Positions 50,126 to 60,429 of a stretch of DNA of 64,000 bases are shown here, piece after piece. Each line of letters opens with the position of its first letter. Within the stretch, counting starts at the first letter, position 1. The notes under the pieces are model-generated. The model worked only from the letters and a program-made list of their open reading frames with translations. It did not search any database and had not been told where the DNA came from. The stretch lies in contig JAHJTE010000002.1 in the NCBI GenBank assembly GCA_018830005.1, forward strand, positions 139,809 to 203,808. Direction: 5' to 3'. The translations under genes and the position numbers were made by a program. Source of the DNA: Candidatus Omnitrophota bacterium (GTDB lineage Bacteria; Omnitrophota; Gorgyraeia; JAHJTE01).

Positions 50126-52054
50126 CTAATTCTTTTTACTAGAAGATTCTTCCTTAGTATCCTTCGCAAAGATTCCGAGCAACTTCTTAACCTCCTCAAC
50201 TTCCAAGACTTCCTTCTCAAGCAATGTCGAGGCTAGAAGCTTTAACTTATCTTTATTTTTTTCTAATGTCTCCTTTGCAACATTATATCTATCTTCTACA
50301 AACTTTTTTATCTCTTTATCAATTTCTTTTGCAGTATCCTCAGAATAATTACGTTCCTCAGTCAAATCCTTGCCTAAAAATAGCAATCCTTTTCTGCGTC
50401 CAAATGTAATATGGCCAAGTTTATCACTCATACCGAATTCACAAACCATGCGCCTGGCAAGTGCTGTGGCAACCTCTAAATCATTTTCCGCACCAGTGGT
50501 GATTTCACCAAATGCCATCTCTTCGCTACAGCGACCTCCCAAAAGAACAGTCATCCTCGCCAAAAGTTCAGATTTTGTCATGATATATCTATCCTGCAGG
50601 GGAAGCTGCATCGTATATCCTAAGGCTGCTGTGCCGCGCGGAATAATCGAAACCTTGTGCAAGGGGTCAACATCAGGAGTCAAAAGCGATAAAAGGGCAT
50701 GCCCAGCCTCATGATAAGCAACAATCTCCTTTTCCTTCTTTGAAATCACACGGCTCTTTCTCTGCGGCCCGGCAATAACCCTCTCTATGGACTCCTGCAG
50801 CTCTGGCATATTCACCTTATCTTTATTCCTGCGCGCTGCCAATAAAGCTGCCTCATTACATAGATTAGCTAAATCTGCGCCTGAAAAACCCGGCGTCTGA
50901 CGCGCTATAGAATCTAAATTAACACTTTCATCTAGTTTAATGTTACGAACATGAATCTTGAGAATCGCGTTTCTTCCTTTTATATCAGGCCGATCAATTA
51001 CAATCTGTCGATCAAATCTTCCTGGTCTAAGCAAGGCCGGATCTAAGGTATCAGGACGATTAGTTGCTGCAACAAGAATCAAACCTTCCTGGGGAGAAAA
51101 TCCATCCATTTCTACAAGTAAGGCATTAAGTGTTTGCTCGCGTTCGTCATGGCCACCGCCAATACCTGAAAAACGTAAACGTCCCACAGCATCAATCTCG
51201 TCAATAAAAATAATACATCCTTTTCCACCCATCTTTGCTGCAGCTCTTCCTTGTTCAAAGAGGTCCCTGACCCTGCTAGCCCCCACACCAACAAACATCT
51301 CAACAAAATCAGAACCGCTTATTGAAAAGAAAGGAGCACTAGCTTCCCCCGCTACAGCCTTGGCCAAAAGTGTTTTTCCGCATCCCGGAGGACCAACAAG
51401 CAAAACTCCTTTAGGAATCTTACCGCCTAACTTCTGAAATTTCTTAGGGTCTTTAAGGAATTCAATAATCTCTGTCAGTTCCTCTTCAGCCTCATCAACG
51501 CCAGCAACATCATTAAACGTAGTCTTATTATTTTTTAAATCCGGGGCTGGCTTTGCCTTAACCTTTCCAAAAGACCAAAGACGACTACCCATCTGATTCC
51601 CGCGATAAGCAAAATACCACAAGAAAAGTATAAAAAGAATCATTGGCCCCAAGGAATAAAAAATATTTGCTAATAATGTCCGGGACGGTTTTACTTCAAA
51701 ATCACTTACATTCTCACGAATAAGAGGGATAAGGCTTTCATCCTGTTCTGGAATAAATAGAGAAAACTGTAAGCCATCTGAAAATTGACCTTGAATCCTG
51801 CTCTCCTCAAGCGTTAAGACTAAACTTTTAATCTTACGCGTTTGTGCATTATCCTTTAGAGTTTCATAAAACTGGCTGTAGGTTAAAGCCTGGGGAGCAT
51901 TAGTTATAGCAAGCGGGATCTTTGCTGAAATATAAAAGAGTAATAGGAAAAACATAATCCAGAAAAAAACCGGATTAAAAAATGGACTCTTTTTTTCTGG
52001 CTTTCCTTCTTTCTTCATCTGTCTCTTTAATTTTTTCTGTGGTAAAATGTCCAT
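50126..52054 (-). CDS. ftsH: ATP-dependent zinc metalloprotease FtsH
   Basis: 2 [22 protein letters not shown]. Confidence 0.97.
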   Translation of the reverse strand: MDILPQKKLKRQMKKEGKPEKKSPFFNPVFFWIMFFLLLFYISAKIPLAITNAPQALTYSQFYETLKDNAQTRKIKSLVLTLEESRIQGQFSDGLQFSLFIPEQDESLIPLIRENVSDFEVKPSRTLLANIFYSLGPMILFILFLWYFAYRGNQMGSRLWSFGKVKAKPAPDLKNNKTTFNDVAGVDEAEEELTEIIEFLKDPKKFQKLGGKIPKGVLLVGPPGCGKTLLAKAVAGEASAPFFSISGSDFVEMFVGVGASRVRDLFEQGRAAAKMGGKGCIIFIDEIDAVGRLRFSGIGGGHDEREQTLNALLVEMDGFSPQEGLILVAATNRPDTLDPALLRPGRFDRQIVIDRPDIKGRNAILKIHVRNIKLDESVNLDSIARQTPGFSGADLANLCNEAALLAARRNKDKVNMPELQESIERVIAGPQRKSRVISKKEKEIVAYHEAGHALLSLLTPDVDPLHKVSIIPRGTAALGYTMQLPLQDRYIMTKSELLARMTVLLGGRCSEEMAFGEITTGAENDLEVATALARRMVCEFGMSDKLGHITFGRRKGLLFLGKDLTEERNYSEDTAKEIDKEIKKFVEDRYNVAKETLEKNKDKLKLLASTLLEKEVLEVEEVKKLLGIFAKDTKEESSSKKN

Positions 52055-52096
52055 AACTGCCTCAAATTAATAATTATATACCATTAAGAATAAAAA

Positions 52097-53092
52097 TCAA
52101 TACTTTCTTGTATATAGCCTTAGTCTGTCTTTGTCTTTTCTGACTGAAAGACTCTTTGGTAAATCCACAATTGAGCCTTCTATTCTATTAAGAAGCAAAT
52201 CCTCAATCTCGCGCCAATGCCGATAATCAAACTTACGAGTTGTGCCTAGAATTCTCTCTATGCATAAACGCAGTACCATTCTCTGCATAGAGATATGTAA
52301 TTTAGATAACTTTTTTAAATCCAAAGAAAGTCTCTTTCCTCTGTTAGAAATAAGAACCCGCTTCATCTGTCTTCTGGCAACATCAGTTAGATATTCATAA
52401 TCAAAAGAGATAACCTCAGAAAGATTTGCCAAAGACAAACGAGTACTTTTATTAAAATCAGATTCCAAAAACGGAATAAGTCTATTGCGAATTCTATTTC
52501 TAAAGAATTTAGGGTCTAGATTAGAGGCATCAAGGCAGGCCTTAACTTTTATACGCTTAAGATAAGAATCTATATCCTTCCTTAAAATCTCAATTAACGG
52601 CCTGACAAAGAACAATTCCCCAATCAATCTAACAGGACGGATTGCCCCCAGCCCATAAAGTCCGCTACCGCGGATAATGCGCATCAGCACCGTCTCTGCC
52701 TGATCATCTCTATTATGACCCAGGGCAATCTTATTAAGAGAATATTTCCTAGCAATATCTCTGAAAAATTTATGACGCGTATTACGGCTAACCTCCTCCA
52801 AAGAACCTTTTTTCCTAAAAGAGACGACATTAACACTTTTACAATAACAGGGAATATTTAATTTTTTTGCGATTTGTTTTACAAATTCCATATCGCGCTC
52901 AGCCTCACTCCTGCGCAACATATGATTTAGATGGGCAATATACAAAGTTATTTTGAGTTCTTTTTTTAAAGAATTCAATACGTAAATAAGAGCAACAGAA
53001 TCCGGACCGCCCGATACCCCAACCAGGACCTTATCCTGCTTTTTAAACATTTTAAATCTCTTTATTGTTGTCCTGACTTTATTTAACATCAT
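52097..53092 (-). CDS. tilS: tRNA(Ile)-lysidine synthase
   Basis: SGGPDS, H..DDQAET, RPL, RNRIR. Confidence 0.93.
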   Translation of the reverse strand: MMLNKVRTTIKRFKMFKKQDKVLVGVSGGPDSVALIYVLNSLKKELKITLYIAHLNHMLRRSEAERDMEFVKQIAKKLNIPCYCKSVNVVSFRKKGSLEEVSRNTRHKFFRDIARKYSLNKIALGHNRDDQAETVLMRIIRGSGLYGLGAIRPVRLIGELFFVRPLIEILRKDIDSYLKRIKVKACLDASNLDPKFFRNRIRNRLIPFLESDFNKSTRLSLANLSEVISFDYEYLTDVARRQMKRVLISNRGKRLSLDLKKLSKLHISMQRMVLRLCIERILGTTRKFDYRHWREIEDLLLNRIEGSIVDLPKSLSVRKDKDRLRLYTRKY

Positions 53093-53987
53093 ATCTTAAG
53101 AAATTATAACCTTTGATTATACTATCACAAATCATCTGGACTAAATTGGAGAATTCTCCCATATCGCCTCTGCCCAAAGCAAAGTAGTATTTATAACGAT
53201 CTTCTATCTTTATAATCGCAGGTGGATAACCCTTGGATAATAACTGCGTAATAAGAATCAACCTTCCCACCCTTCCATTACCATCAAAAAAAGGATGGAT
53301 ACTTTCAAATTCGTAATGGTCACTTGCTACCTTACCAATAACATCCTTGCCATATTTATTGACCTTGGACACAAACTTTTTCATCCTCACAGGAACCATT
53401 TGCGCGGATGGAAGCGCTTTTTCTGTATTAATAAGATTAACAAATCCTGTTCTGTATTTTCCGGGAAGTTTATCGTTAAAATTATACATAACTATTGAAT
53501 GAAGCTTTAATATGTAGTCTTCATTAATCTTAAAGCTTGGCTTTATTGCATCCAGCAGAAAATTTAAAGCGTTATTATGATTTACTGCCTCTAAGACCTC
53601 AAAAAGCTCTTTTCCCCTTACCTTTCCTCCCTTAATCGCGGTTTCTGTCTCTTTAAGGCTCATGCGACTTCCCTCAATTGCATTGGAATGATAGGTCATC
53701 TCCAGAAAAAACCTTTCCTTCAAGGCCTTATTATTCCTTAGAATTTTTATAGGCTGGCTTAAATCATGCTTTAATTTTACAACCAACTCCCTTAAATCAA
53801 TGTGTTCCTTAAATAATTCATCGATTCTTCGGGATTGGCCAGGATGTGGGTTAATACCCTTATCCAGCCAGCGATAAACTGTCTTATAGCTGACTTCAAC
53901 AAGCTTAGCCAATTGAGACCGAGACATCCTGGTCTCTTCTAAGATTCGCCTTAATTTCTGCCTATCTTCAATAATAACCTTTTTCAT
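53079..53987 (-). CDS. Fic family protein with N-terminal XRE-like HTH
   Basis: MSRSQLAKLVEVSYKTVYRW HTH; SNAIEG inhibitory motif; HPFFDGNGRVGR. Confidence 0.9.
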   Translation of the reverse strand: MKKVIIEDRQKLRRILEETRMSRSQLAKLVEVSYKTVYRWLDKGINPHPGQSRRIDELFKEHIDLRELVVKLKHDLSQPIKILRNNKALKERFFLEMTYHSNAIEGSRMSLKETETAIKGGKVRGKELFEVLEAVNHNNALNFLLDAIKPSFKINEDYILKLHSIVMYNFNDKLPGKYRTGFVNLINTEKALPSAQMVPVRMKKFVSKVNKYGKDVIGKVASDHYEFESIHPFFDGNGRVGRLILITQLLSKGYPPAIIKIEDRYKYYFALGRGDMGEFSNLVQMICDSIIKGYNFLRYDVK

Positions 53988-53998
53988 CTTTATTTAAA

Positions 53999-54028
53999 AT
54001 AATAATAGGACATATGTCCTATTATTAT
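53999..54028. promoter_or_regulatory. 30-bp perfect palindrome, probable operator for the HTH-Fic gene
   Basis: ATAATAATAGGACATATGTCCTATTATTAT; partial copy CATATGTCCTA at 54046-54056. Confidence 0.65.
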
Positions 54029-54083
54029 ACCTAACAAAATTATACCATATGTCCTAATGGAATACAAGCCCTGTTTTTTATTT

Positions 54084-54160
54084 TGGTGGCGGGGGAGAGA
54101 TTTAAACTCTCGGCCAATCGGGTATGAGCCGACTGCTCTATCAGGCTGAGCTACCCCGCC
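54084..54160 (-). tRNA. tRNA-Met(CAT), elongator type
   Basis: Paired G1:C72, GTCGG-CTCATAC-CCGAT anticodon arm, encoded CCA; atypical D and T loops. Confidence 0.85.
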
Positions 54161-54174
54161 ATTGTTGGCTATAT

Positions 54175-54993
54175 TTACTTCTTCCGGTATGCGCTCAAGA
54201 AGGAATCGCAGTATATATGTTTATTGAGCAGTAGATCAGAGGTTATTACTGCATCCATGAGTTCCTTATCTAAAGGATCAACGATAGCTGCATCCAGGCC
54301 GTAACCAATTGCCATAGTTAGAAAAACCCTGTTTATAATATTCCTCTGGCAGCTACCCTGGCTAACATTACTTAAACCCACAACTGTCTTGGGAGCAGGA
54401 TCGGAAATCACCTTAAATTCATGCAAAACCTCTAAAATCATTTTAAGCTGGGGTTGAGCAACATTGACCGGTAAAACTATTGGATCTAGATATATGTTAT
54501 TAATATTAAAATCTTTCTCTTGTGCAAAGGCTAGTATCTGTGCTGCCAATTCTAAACGCCTGTCCTTATCTTGCGGTACTCCTTTTTTGTCCATTGTAAG
54601 GGCAATTAAAGAGGCATTGTACTTCTTGGCCATGTTTACATAAATTTCAAGACGCTCTGGGTCTGCGCTTGTGGAATTAATAATCGCCTTACCCTTTATG
54701 AGCTCAAGACCTGCCTGAATAACATTTGGCTTAGTACTATCAATGGCAAGCGGCAAATTAGAGCCCTTCTGAATAGCGCTCACTAACCACTTCATATCAC
54801 TAACCGGATCCTTGGATAACGGTCCGCAGTTAACATCAAGGGCATTAGCGCCTTCTGCCTCTTGCTGTTTAGCCAAATTAATAATAGCCTGCTCATCCTT
54901 TTTCGAAAGTGCCTCTTGCACGTTTTTATACATTCCGTTGATTAATTCACCAATTATAAACATAGCCCTATTTCTCCATAAGTTTGTCAACAA
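54175..54993 (-). CDS. acsE: Methyltetrahydrofolate:corrinoid methyltransferase (likely start 54963)
   Basis: IIGELING, LDVN, IDS, INS, GLSNVS, DAAIVDP; last gene of the acs cluster. Confidence 0.88.
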   Translation of the reverse strand: MLTNLWRNRAMFIIGELINGMYKNVQEALSKKDEQAIINLAKQQEAEGANALDVNCGPLSKDPVSDMKWLVSAIQKGSNLPLAIDSTKPNVIQAGLELIKGKAIINSTSADPERLEIYVNMAKKYNASLIALTMDKKGVPQDKDRRLELAAQILAFAQEKDFNINNIYLDPIVLPVNVAQPQLKMILEVLHEFKVISDPAPKTVVGLSNVSQGSCQRNIINRVFLTMAIGYGLDAAIVDPLDKELMDAVITSDLLLNKHIYCDSFLSAYRKK

Positions 54994-55933
54994 ATTCTTG
55001 AACTGATTTAACTGCCTGAGGATGGCGCATAACCAAAAGGTCTGCTCCAGCCTGTAAAAAAGTAGAGGCAGTCAATGCCTCCCAGAGCAGGCCGCGTTCT
55101 GTTTGAGATCCCCATTCAGGAACCTCATCGCTGGTTGCCTTTGCCTCTTTTGCCCTCCAGGCCTCCTGACCAACTAAACAAACAAAAGGCATGGCAAGCA
55201 TTGTATCGCCGGCTAAAGCAGCTAATCTTGCACGCTCCATAATCGAATAAGCATATTCTAAGCCATATCCAAGGGCGCCTACAGTTGGATTAATTACAAT
55301 ACGCTCAGCCGGGAATCCCATATCCGAAATCAAGATATTAAGCTGTTTAGCAATATTGATATCAATGGGTGATTGGGCAATAATGCTGTGACCGTCAGCC
55401 AAAAGCGAAACAACTAAGGTCTTATAATTATCCTGGACTGCCTCGCCAAATAATAACCGCTCTCCCTTTGTAGCCTCAGAGATCTTTGGCAAGACCTCGT
55501 TATCTTTAACCTCATCGTTACAACCTAAGATAATTAATGGTAAGTCCACGGTCTTTAATAAATCCTGAACTAATTTTACAATGCTATCAGCTGGTTTGTT
55601 TCCATTATCAGGATGAATGCCAGCTAAACGCAAGGCCAAGCCCTTAGCCTGAAACTTTTCTTTGCAGACCTTAGCCCATTCTAGTGTGTTTTTCAGGATA
55701 CCTGCATCATACTGGGCCTTTAAACTATCTGGCCAGTCTGGTTCAATATCCCAGATCTCAAAAACCAGCTGGGGCTGATGCGGCATCTTTGTCTCCTGAT
55801 GCAGAAAGGACAGGCCGGTTTCGCCTCCCACTGTAATCGTAGAACCCCGGCTGCCTCCTTCTTGTTTTGTGGCTCCGATAGTAACCGTATTAATGCTGCT
55901 TGACCAAGTTTCTTTAATTAGCTCTAAAGCCAT
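54968..55933 (-). CDS. acsD: Corrinoid Fe-S protein small (delta) subunit
   Basis: VGGET, SPIDINIAKQLN, ALGYGLEY...MER.R.AAL, ADLLVMRHP. Confidence 0.92.
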   Translation of the reverse strand: MALELIKETWSSSINTVTIGATKQEGGSRGSTITVGGETGLSFLHQETKMPHQPQLVFEIWDIEPDWPDSLKAQYDAGILKNTLEWAKVCKEKFQAKGLALRLAGIHPDNGNKPADSIVKLVQDLLKTVDLPLIILGCNDEVKDNEVLPKISEATKGERLLFGEAVQDNYKTLVVSLLADGHSIIAQSPIDINIAKQLNILISDMGFPAERIVINPTVGALGYGLEYAYSIMERARLAALAGDTMLAMPFVCLVGQEAWRAKEAKATSDEVPEWGSQTERGLLWEALTASTFLQAGADLLVMRHPQAVKSVQEFVDKLMEK

Positions 55934-56672
55934 GATCTCTCTTAAACGCCTCCATTTTTTTTAAAAGCCTTGATTCCTTACTAAGCTTAAAAACAGATTC
56001 ACCTTTAATACTTAAATCAAGCACTTCATCATCAAAGGGTAATTGATAAATCTTATCAAAATGAACTTGAGTCAGCTCCTCAGACAAAACTAGGTTATCC
56101 CTTGCCCTGTTAATTAAAAGAAATGTCTTATCAAACTTAAATTCCAACTCATCAGCCAATTTTTTAATCCTGGCAGCTGAATGCATGCCAACTACTGTTG
56201 CATCACTTACTAAAATAAAATAATCAGCTGCCCTTGTAGTTCGGCGGGATAAATGTTCCATGCCTGCCTCATTATCAATAACGCAGAAATTATACTGATT
56301 TATAATTCTTCCAATTGTATCCCTGAGGAGATTATTAGCATAGCAGTAACACCCGGGCCCCTCAGGTCTTCCCATGCTCAATAAATCAAAACCGCTATTT
56401 TCAACAAGCGAATGTTCGATCTCTAGTTCCAGGAAATCCTTTTTGGTCATACCGGGGGGTACTGATTGAGGATTTTTAGCTACAGAATCAATCAATTCGC
56501 CTATAGAAGTGCCTGCAGTTATACCTAATACTTCACCCAGATTACTGTTCGGATCAGCATCAATTGCCAAGGCTGAACCTAATTTATCGGCAATAATTAT
56601 TTTTAATATAACTGCCGCTATAGTAGTTTTTCCTGTGCCGCCTTTTCCAGCAACAGCAATGGTAAACGCCAT
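55914..56672 (-). CDS. cooC: CooC/AcsF nickel-insertion ATPase
   Basis: GKGGTGKT, DADPN, GPGCYC, DNEAGMEHLSR. Confidence 0.9.
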   Translation of the reverse strand: MAFTIAVAGKGGTGKTTIAAVILKIIIADKLGSALAIDADPNSNLGEVLGITAGTSIGELIDSVAKNPQSVPPGMTKKDFLELEIEHSLVENSGFDLLSMGRPEGPGCYCYANNLLRDTIGRIINQYNFCVIDNEAGMEHLSRRTTRAADYFILVSDATVVGMHSAARIKKLADELEFKFDKTFLLINRARDNLVLSEELTQVHFDKIYQLPFDDEVLDLSIKGESVFKLSKESRLLKKMEAFKRDHGFRAN

Positions 56673-56692
56673 AAGCCCTTTATCAATCTTGT

Positions 56693-58627
56693 TTATAATT
56701 TAAAACTGGGAAACTTACTCCTATCTGTATGAGGAAAAAACAAAGCTGCCATATATTCATCCATATATGTATCTTCAACAGAAAGTTCAAAATAGGTTAC
56801 TTTTCTGGCAAGTTCCTCAGCCTGATTCAAGGCCTGGCTCGATAGTAAAATCGCCCTTGCCCCGGCTAAAGAACTGTTTCCTACAAATTCAAATCTTTCT
56901 AGTTTAAGGTCTGGCAACAAACCTATGGTAATTGCCTTTTTTATATCCAGATACGTACCAAAACCTCCTGCAATAAATATTTTCTTTATTGCGCTCATTT
57001 CAAAGCCCATATGTCTGACTAAGGTGCTTGAAGCAGCAAATATGGCTGCCTTTGAGCGCTTTAAATTATCTATATCTCCTTCCGTAATTATAATATCATT
57101 ACCTGTAGCAGATTTTTTCTTGTCCACAACGATAAAAGACTTCCCTGTCTGGGTTGACTTTATTAAACCTGGGGCCTTTTTTTCGATTATACTGCCTGAA
57201 CTATCAATGATGCCGCTAGATAGCATTTCTGCAAGTAAATCAATGTAGCCTGAGCCGCAGATACCGAGAGGCTTACCGCCAAGTATGGTAGAACATTTCA
57301 CATTATGAGTCTTTTTGTTGATGGATACTCTCTCGATAGCACCTTTGGTTGCCCTCATACCGCAAGATACACCACTACCTTCAAATGCCGGACCAGCGCT
57401 GGCTGCACAAGCAACCAACCAATCTTTATTACCTAAAACAATCTCGCCGTTAGTGCCAACATCAATCAAAAGTGACAGATCTTTACTTTTATCTATGCCG
57501 CAAGCTAAAATCCCAGAAACTATATCTCCACCCACATAGCTTGCGATCGAAGGTACAGTGGCTAATAAGCCACGCGGGTTTATCTTTATGCCTGCCTCAG
57601 AAGCCCTAATTACAGGCACAAAATTTGCAGTAGGAATATAAGGCTCCCGCCTTATGTATGTGGGATCAATCCTTAAAAGCAAATGCATCATTGTTGGATT
57701 ACCAGCACAGAGACAACAGGTAACGTTGTTTAAATCAATATCATTTTCAAAAGTTAGCTGGCGTATCATATCATTCATTACATCAATGACAGCATGATGA
57801 AGCCTTTCTAGGCCTTCAGACTTTTGGGCAAAGATTATGCGCGAAATTATATCTGTACCAAAACTGGCCTGCCGGTTATAAGAGGCCTTTGTGCCTAAGA
57901 TCTTTTTTGTGTTAAGATCAACTAATTGGCCGGATACAGTTGTTGTGCCGATGTCAAAAGCAAAACCATAGTTTTTATCAGAAGTGTCTCCGGGTTGGAT
58001 GAGAACCACCTCTGTCGTGCCTCCCCGCTTACCCAGTGTTACTGTAACATGCCAGTTTGCCGAACGTAATATCATACCTAATCTTCTGATATTGGTAAGG
58101 CCTGCCTGCATAATCTTTAAATCTTCTCGTTTTCTTATTTCTCTGTACAACCTCTCTAAATCACTTACCTTATCTTGCAGATCTGGTGGCTCTAACTTAA
58201 GCGATAATTTTGTGGCCAAAGGTGAATGAGCAAAAATATCCTCTCTAACAAATAAATGGGCCTTGTCAATATCCTCGGCCTTGCTGTAAACCCCTTTTAA
58301 TCGCTGGGCATAGGCCTCTTCTTCGGAAACCAACTCAGATTCAAGGCGAGACTCAACAGGTATCTCTACCGTAATATCACTTTTAATGACTGAAAGGCAT
58401 GCCAGGCAATAACCTTTTTGCCTTTCTTCTTTTTTAATCCTTCCGGAAGCTGCAGACTGAACATTGCCTTTTTTTACGATAACCTTACAGCGGCCACAAA
58501 CGCCTTCTCCACCGCAGCTTGAATGCAGATAGACACCTGCAGAAACCGCAGCATCAAGGATAGTCTTACCCTTGGGCACGTTTATCGTTATTTTATCTGG
58601 CAAAAATCTAACCTTAACTTCTTCCAT
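56693..58627 (-). CDS. RACo/AcsV reductive activator of corrinoid protein (2Fe-2S + ASKHA)
   Basis: CGGEGVCGRC...LAC, DIGTTT, DVGTNGE, GPAFEG, GICGSG. Confidence 0.92.
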   Translation of the reverse strand: MEEVKVRFLPDKITINVPKGKTILDAAVSAGVYLHSSCGGEGVCGRCKVIVKKGNVQSAASGRIKKEERQKGYCLACLSVIKSDITVEIPVESRLESELVSEEEAYAQRLKGVYSKAEDIDKAHLFVREDIFAHSPLATKLSLKLEPPDLQDKVSDLERLYREIRKREDLKIMQAGLTNIRRLGMILRSANWHVTVTLGKRGGTTEVVLIQPGDTSDKNYGFAFDIGTTTVSGQLVDLNTKKILGTKASYNRQASFGTDIISRIIFAQKSEGLERLHHAVIDVMNDMIRQLTFENDIDLNNVTCCLCAGNPTMMHLLLRIDPTYIRREPYIPTANFVPVIRASEAGIKINPRGLLATVPSIASYVGGDIVSGILACGIDKSKDLSLLIDVGTNGEIVLGNKDWLVACAASAGPAFEGSGVSCGMRATKGAIERVSINKKTHNVKCSTILGGKPLGICGSGYIDLLAEMLSSGIIDSSGSIIEKKAPGLIKSTQTGKSFIVVDKKKSATGNDIIITEGDIDNLKRSKAAIFAASSTLVRHMGFEMSAIKKIFIAGGFGTYLDIKKAITIGLLPDLKLERFEFVGNSSLAGARAILLSSQALNQAEELARKVTYFELSVEDTYMDEYMAALFFPHTDRSKFPSFKL

Positions 58628-58643
58628 TTCCTTGTGCCTATAC

Positions 58644-59981
58644 TTAGTTATTAAAATTCTTCAAAAATGCGCTAATCCCGGATGCCTCTCGCGGACCAAC
58701 CATAACCTTCCAGCCGCTCTGTTCTTCTAAATCTCCGCTCATAACAGCAACATAACCGGGTATAATAACTATCTTGTGATTCACCAATTGCTCTGTAGAG
58801 GCCTTTTGCATAGACTGTGTTATTTTCTCAGGAGTAAACTTCTCCGCTGCCCAGGCAGTTAGAACTGACATGCCTTCTGTATCCACGCTTAGTATGTAAG
58901 AGGAAATCTTGCTCGATTCCACTTCTGAAAGAACTGTATAATAAGTAAGTGAAAAATTAGTAGTTACCAGTAGTGGAGACTCATTTGTTGGCGAACCAAT
59001 CGGATATATCTTTGGTTCAACCTGCAAAGGTCTCTGCGGATCAGAATAAATATTCTGGCGCAACGTAAGCAATGAAAGTATTGCAGGCACTGATGCCTTT
59101 TCCAATAAAATGATTGATGCATACTTAGCCATAAGCGCACCAGCATTCAAAACATCAAACACAGACTCTCCGGCTTTAATAACGCTAATTGTAGGAAAAC
59201 CAAAAGGGCGAAATGTCTTCTTTAAAGCAAGACGGCGGATTTGAGTAAGGCCTTCAATCTGGGCTGCTAGGCTATTATTTTCCACATGCAATACTAAATC
59301 CTCACAAGTCCTCTGCTTGAGCTTTTTAACAAGTTCATGGAGATCGTCAAGGCTAGAAGCAGAGACAACTAAAGGTGCTTTAGCATTATTTGCAATCTCA
59401 GCGAATTGAGCATGATTATTTTCATCTGCCCCAAAAATTAGCGGTTGTTCATCCTTACAAATCTCAATTGCAGCTTTGATAATTTCAGGATTCTTGGAAA
59501 TAAATACAAGATTTAGCTTACTATTTTCCTTAACAAACTTCACGCAATTTGAAAAGGTCTGTATATCTCCTGAAGTATCCTTTATTGCAATTAAATCCAG
59601 CTTTAACTCCTGGCCTACCCTTTCAAACTCTAGACCTTTCAAAAATTTAACGAATTCAGACAGCTCTGCTTGGGGAGTATTATCTTCTATTATGAGTCCA
59701 ATCCCCGTGGGATGATGAAACTTTTCTTCATGGCGGAACAGCACAGTCTCATTACCAACACTTAAGGCATCCTCTTCCTTGCCGATAGTAATTAATTTTA
59801 CTGGCGGTTGAGAAGACGACTCCAGGGCAGCCTTAGCCTCGTCAGTCAAAAAGGGACACTTGGTGATGTCTGTGGTTTTCTTAGCCAGCGCCAATGCAAA
59901 AGCAAGGCAAGTGGGAAAATTACACTTCCTGCAATTTGTCTTTGGTAGTAACTTATAAATCTCTAATCCTGCTAACCCCAT
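58644..59981 (-). CDS. acsC: Corrinoid Fe-S protein large (gamma) subunit
   Basis: LPKTNCRKC.FPTCLAFA...CP, RHE, TTNFSLTY, G.SVLTAWAA, GPREAS. Confidence 0.94.
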   Translation of the reverse strand: MGLAGLEIYKLLPKTNCRKCNFPTCLAFALALAKKTTDITKCPFLTDEAKAALESSSQPPVKLITIGKEEDALSVGNETVLFRHEEKFHHPTGIGLIIEDNTPQAELSEFVKFLKGLEFERVGQELKLDLIAIKDTSGDIQTFSNCVKFVKENSKLNLVFISKNPEIIKAAIEICKDEQPLIFGADENNHAQFAEIANNAKAPLVVSASSLDDLHELVKKLKQRTCEDLVLHVENNSLAAQIEGLTQIRRLALKKTFRPFGFPTISVIKAGESVFDVLNAGALMAKYASIILLEKASVPAILSLLTLRQNIYSDPQRPLQVEPKIYPIGSPTNESPLLVTTNFSLTYYTVLSEVESSKISSYILSVDTEGMSVLTAWAAEKFTPEKITQSMQKASTEQLVNHKIVIIPGYVAVMSGDLEEQSGWKVMVGPREASGISAFLKNFNN

Positions 59982-60084
59982 AACGCAGACTCCTTTTTTA
60001 GAATTTACTTATTTTAAGAAGGGGAAAAACGATTCTCACTTGGGAATATAAAAAGAAATTTATCAAAAGATTCAGGAAAGTATT

Positions 60085-60411
60085 TCAGCTAAAAACAACC
60101 AAAAGAAGCGTAAGGCAAATAAAGAAACAAAGAAAATAAAAATCATTGAAATAAAGGAAGTCGTTAATCCTCTCGATTAGATTACGGTAACCCAAAGAAG
60201 CATCAACGTCAACGCTGCTTTTGCGAATATGCGTTAAGACACGCGGCGTGATCTTAACCTGCTTCAGCTGATCTTCCTTAAATCGCAAATATACTCCACC
60301 GATCTTATAAGCCGGAATTGTCCCTTGTTCAGACAAATCAACAACCGCCTTCTCAGAGATACCAAAATAGGCTGCCGCTTCACGCACAGTTAATAATTTT
60401 TCTTTCGCCAT
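60085..60411 (-). CDS. HTH_17 (excisionase/BldC-like) protein with C-terminal TM anchor
   Basis: LLTVREAAAYFGIS...GTIPAYKIGGVYLRF; terminal FYFLCFFICLTLLLVVFS. Confidence 0.8.
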   Translation of the reverse strand: MAKEKLLTVREAAAYFGISEKAVVDLSEQGTIPAYKIGGVYLRFKEDQLKQVKITPRVLTHIRKSSVDVDASLGYRNLIERINDFLYFNDFYFLCFFICLTLLLVVFS

Positions 60412-60429
60412 CGTTAAATTTTCCTGATC

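Noticed and set aside
54084-54160. tRNA-Ile2(CAT), suggested by proximity to tilS, or initiator tRNA
   Set aside because: The paired 1:72 position excludes an initiator, and the GGCGG acceptor and CATACCCG arm resemble elongator Met. Ile2 is not formally excluded without covariance models.
54175-54993. Second dihydropteroate synthase
   Set aside because: Same pterin-binding fold, but the GLSNVS motif and acs context indicate AcsE; the true folP is at 49232-50125.
59982-60084. Cobalamin riboswitch or metal-regulator box upstream of acsC
   Set aside because: The region is only ~100 bp and AT-rich, with no B12-box or convincing palindrome.
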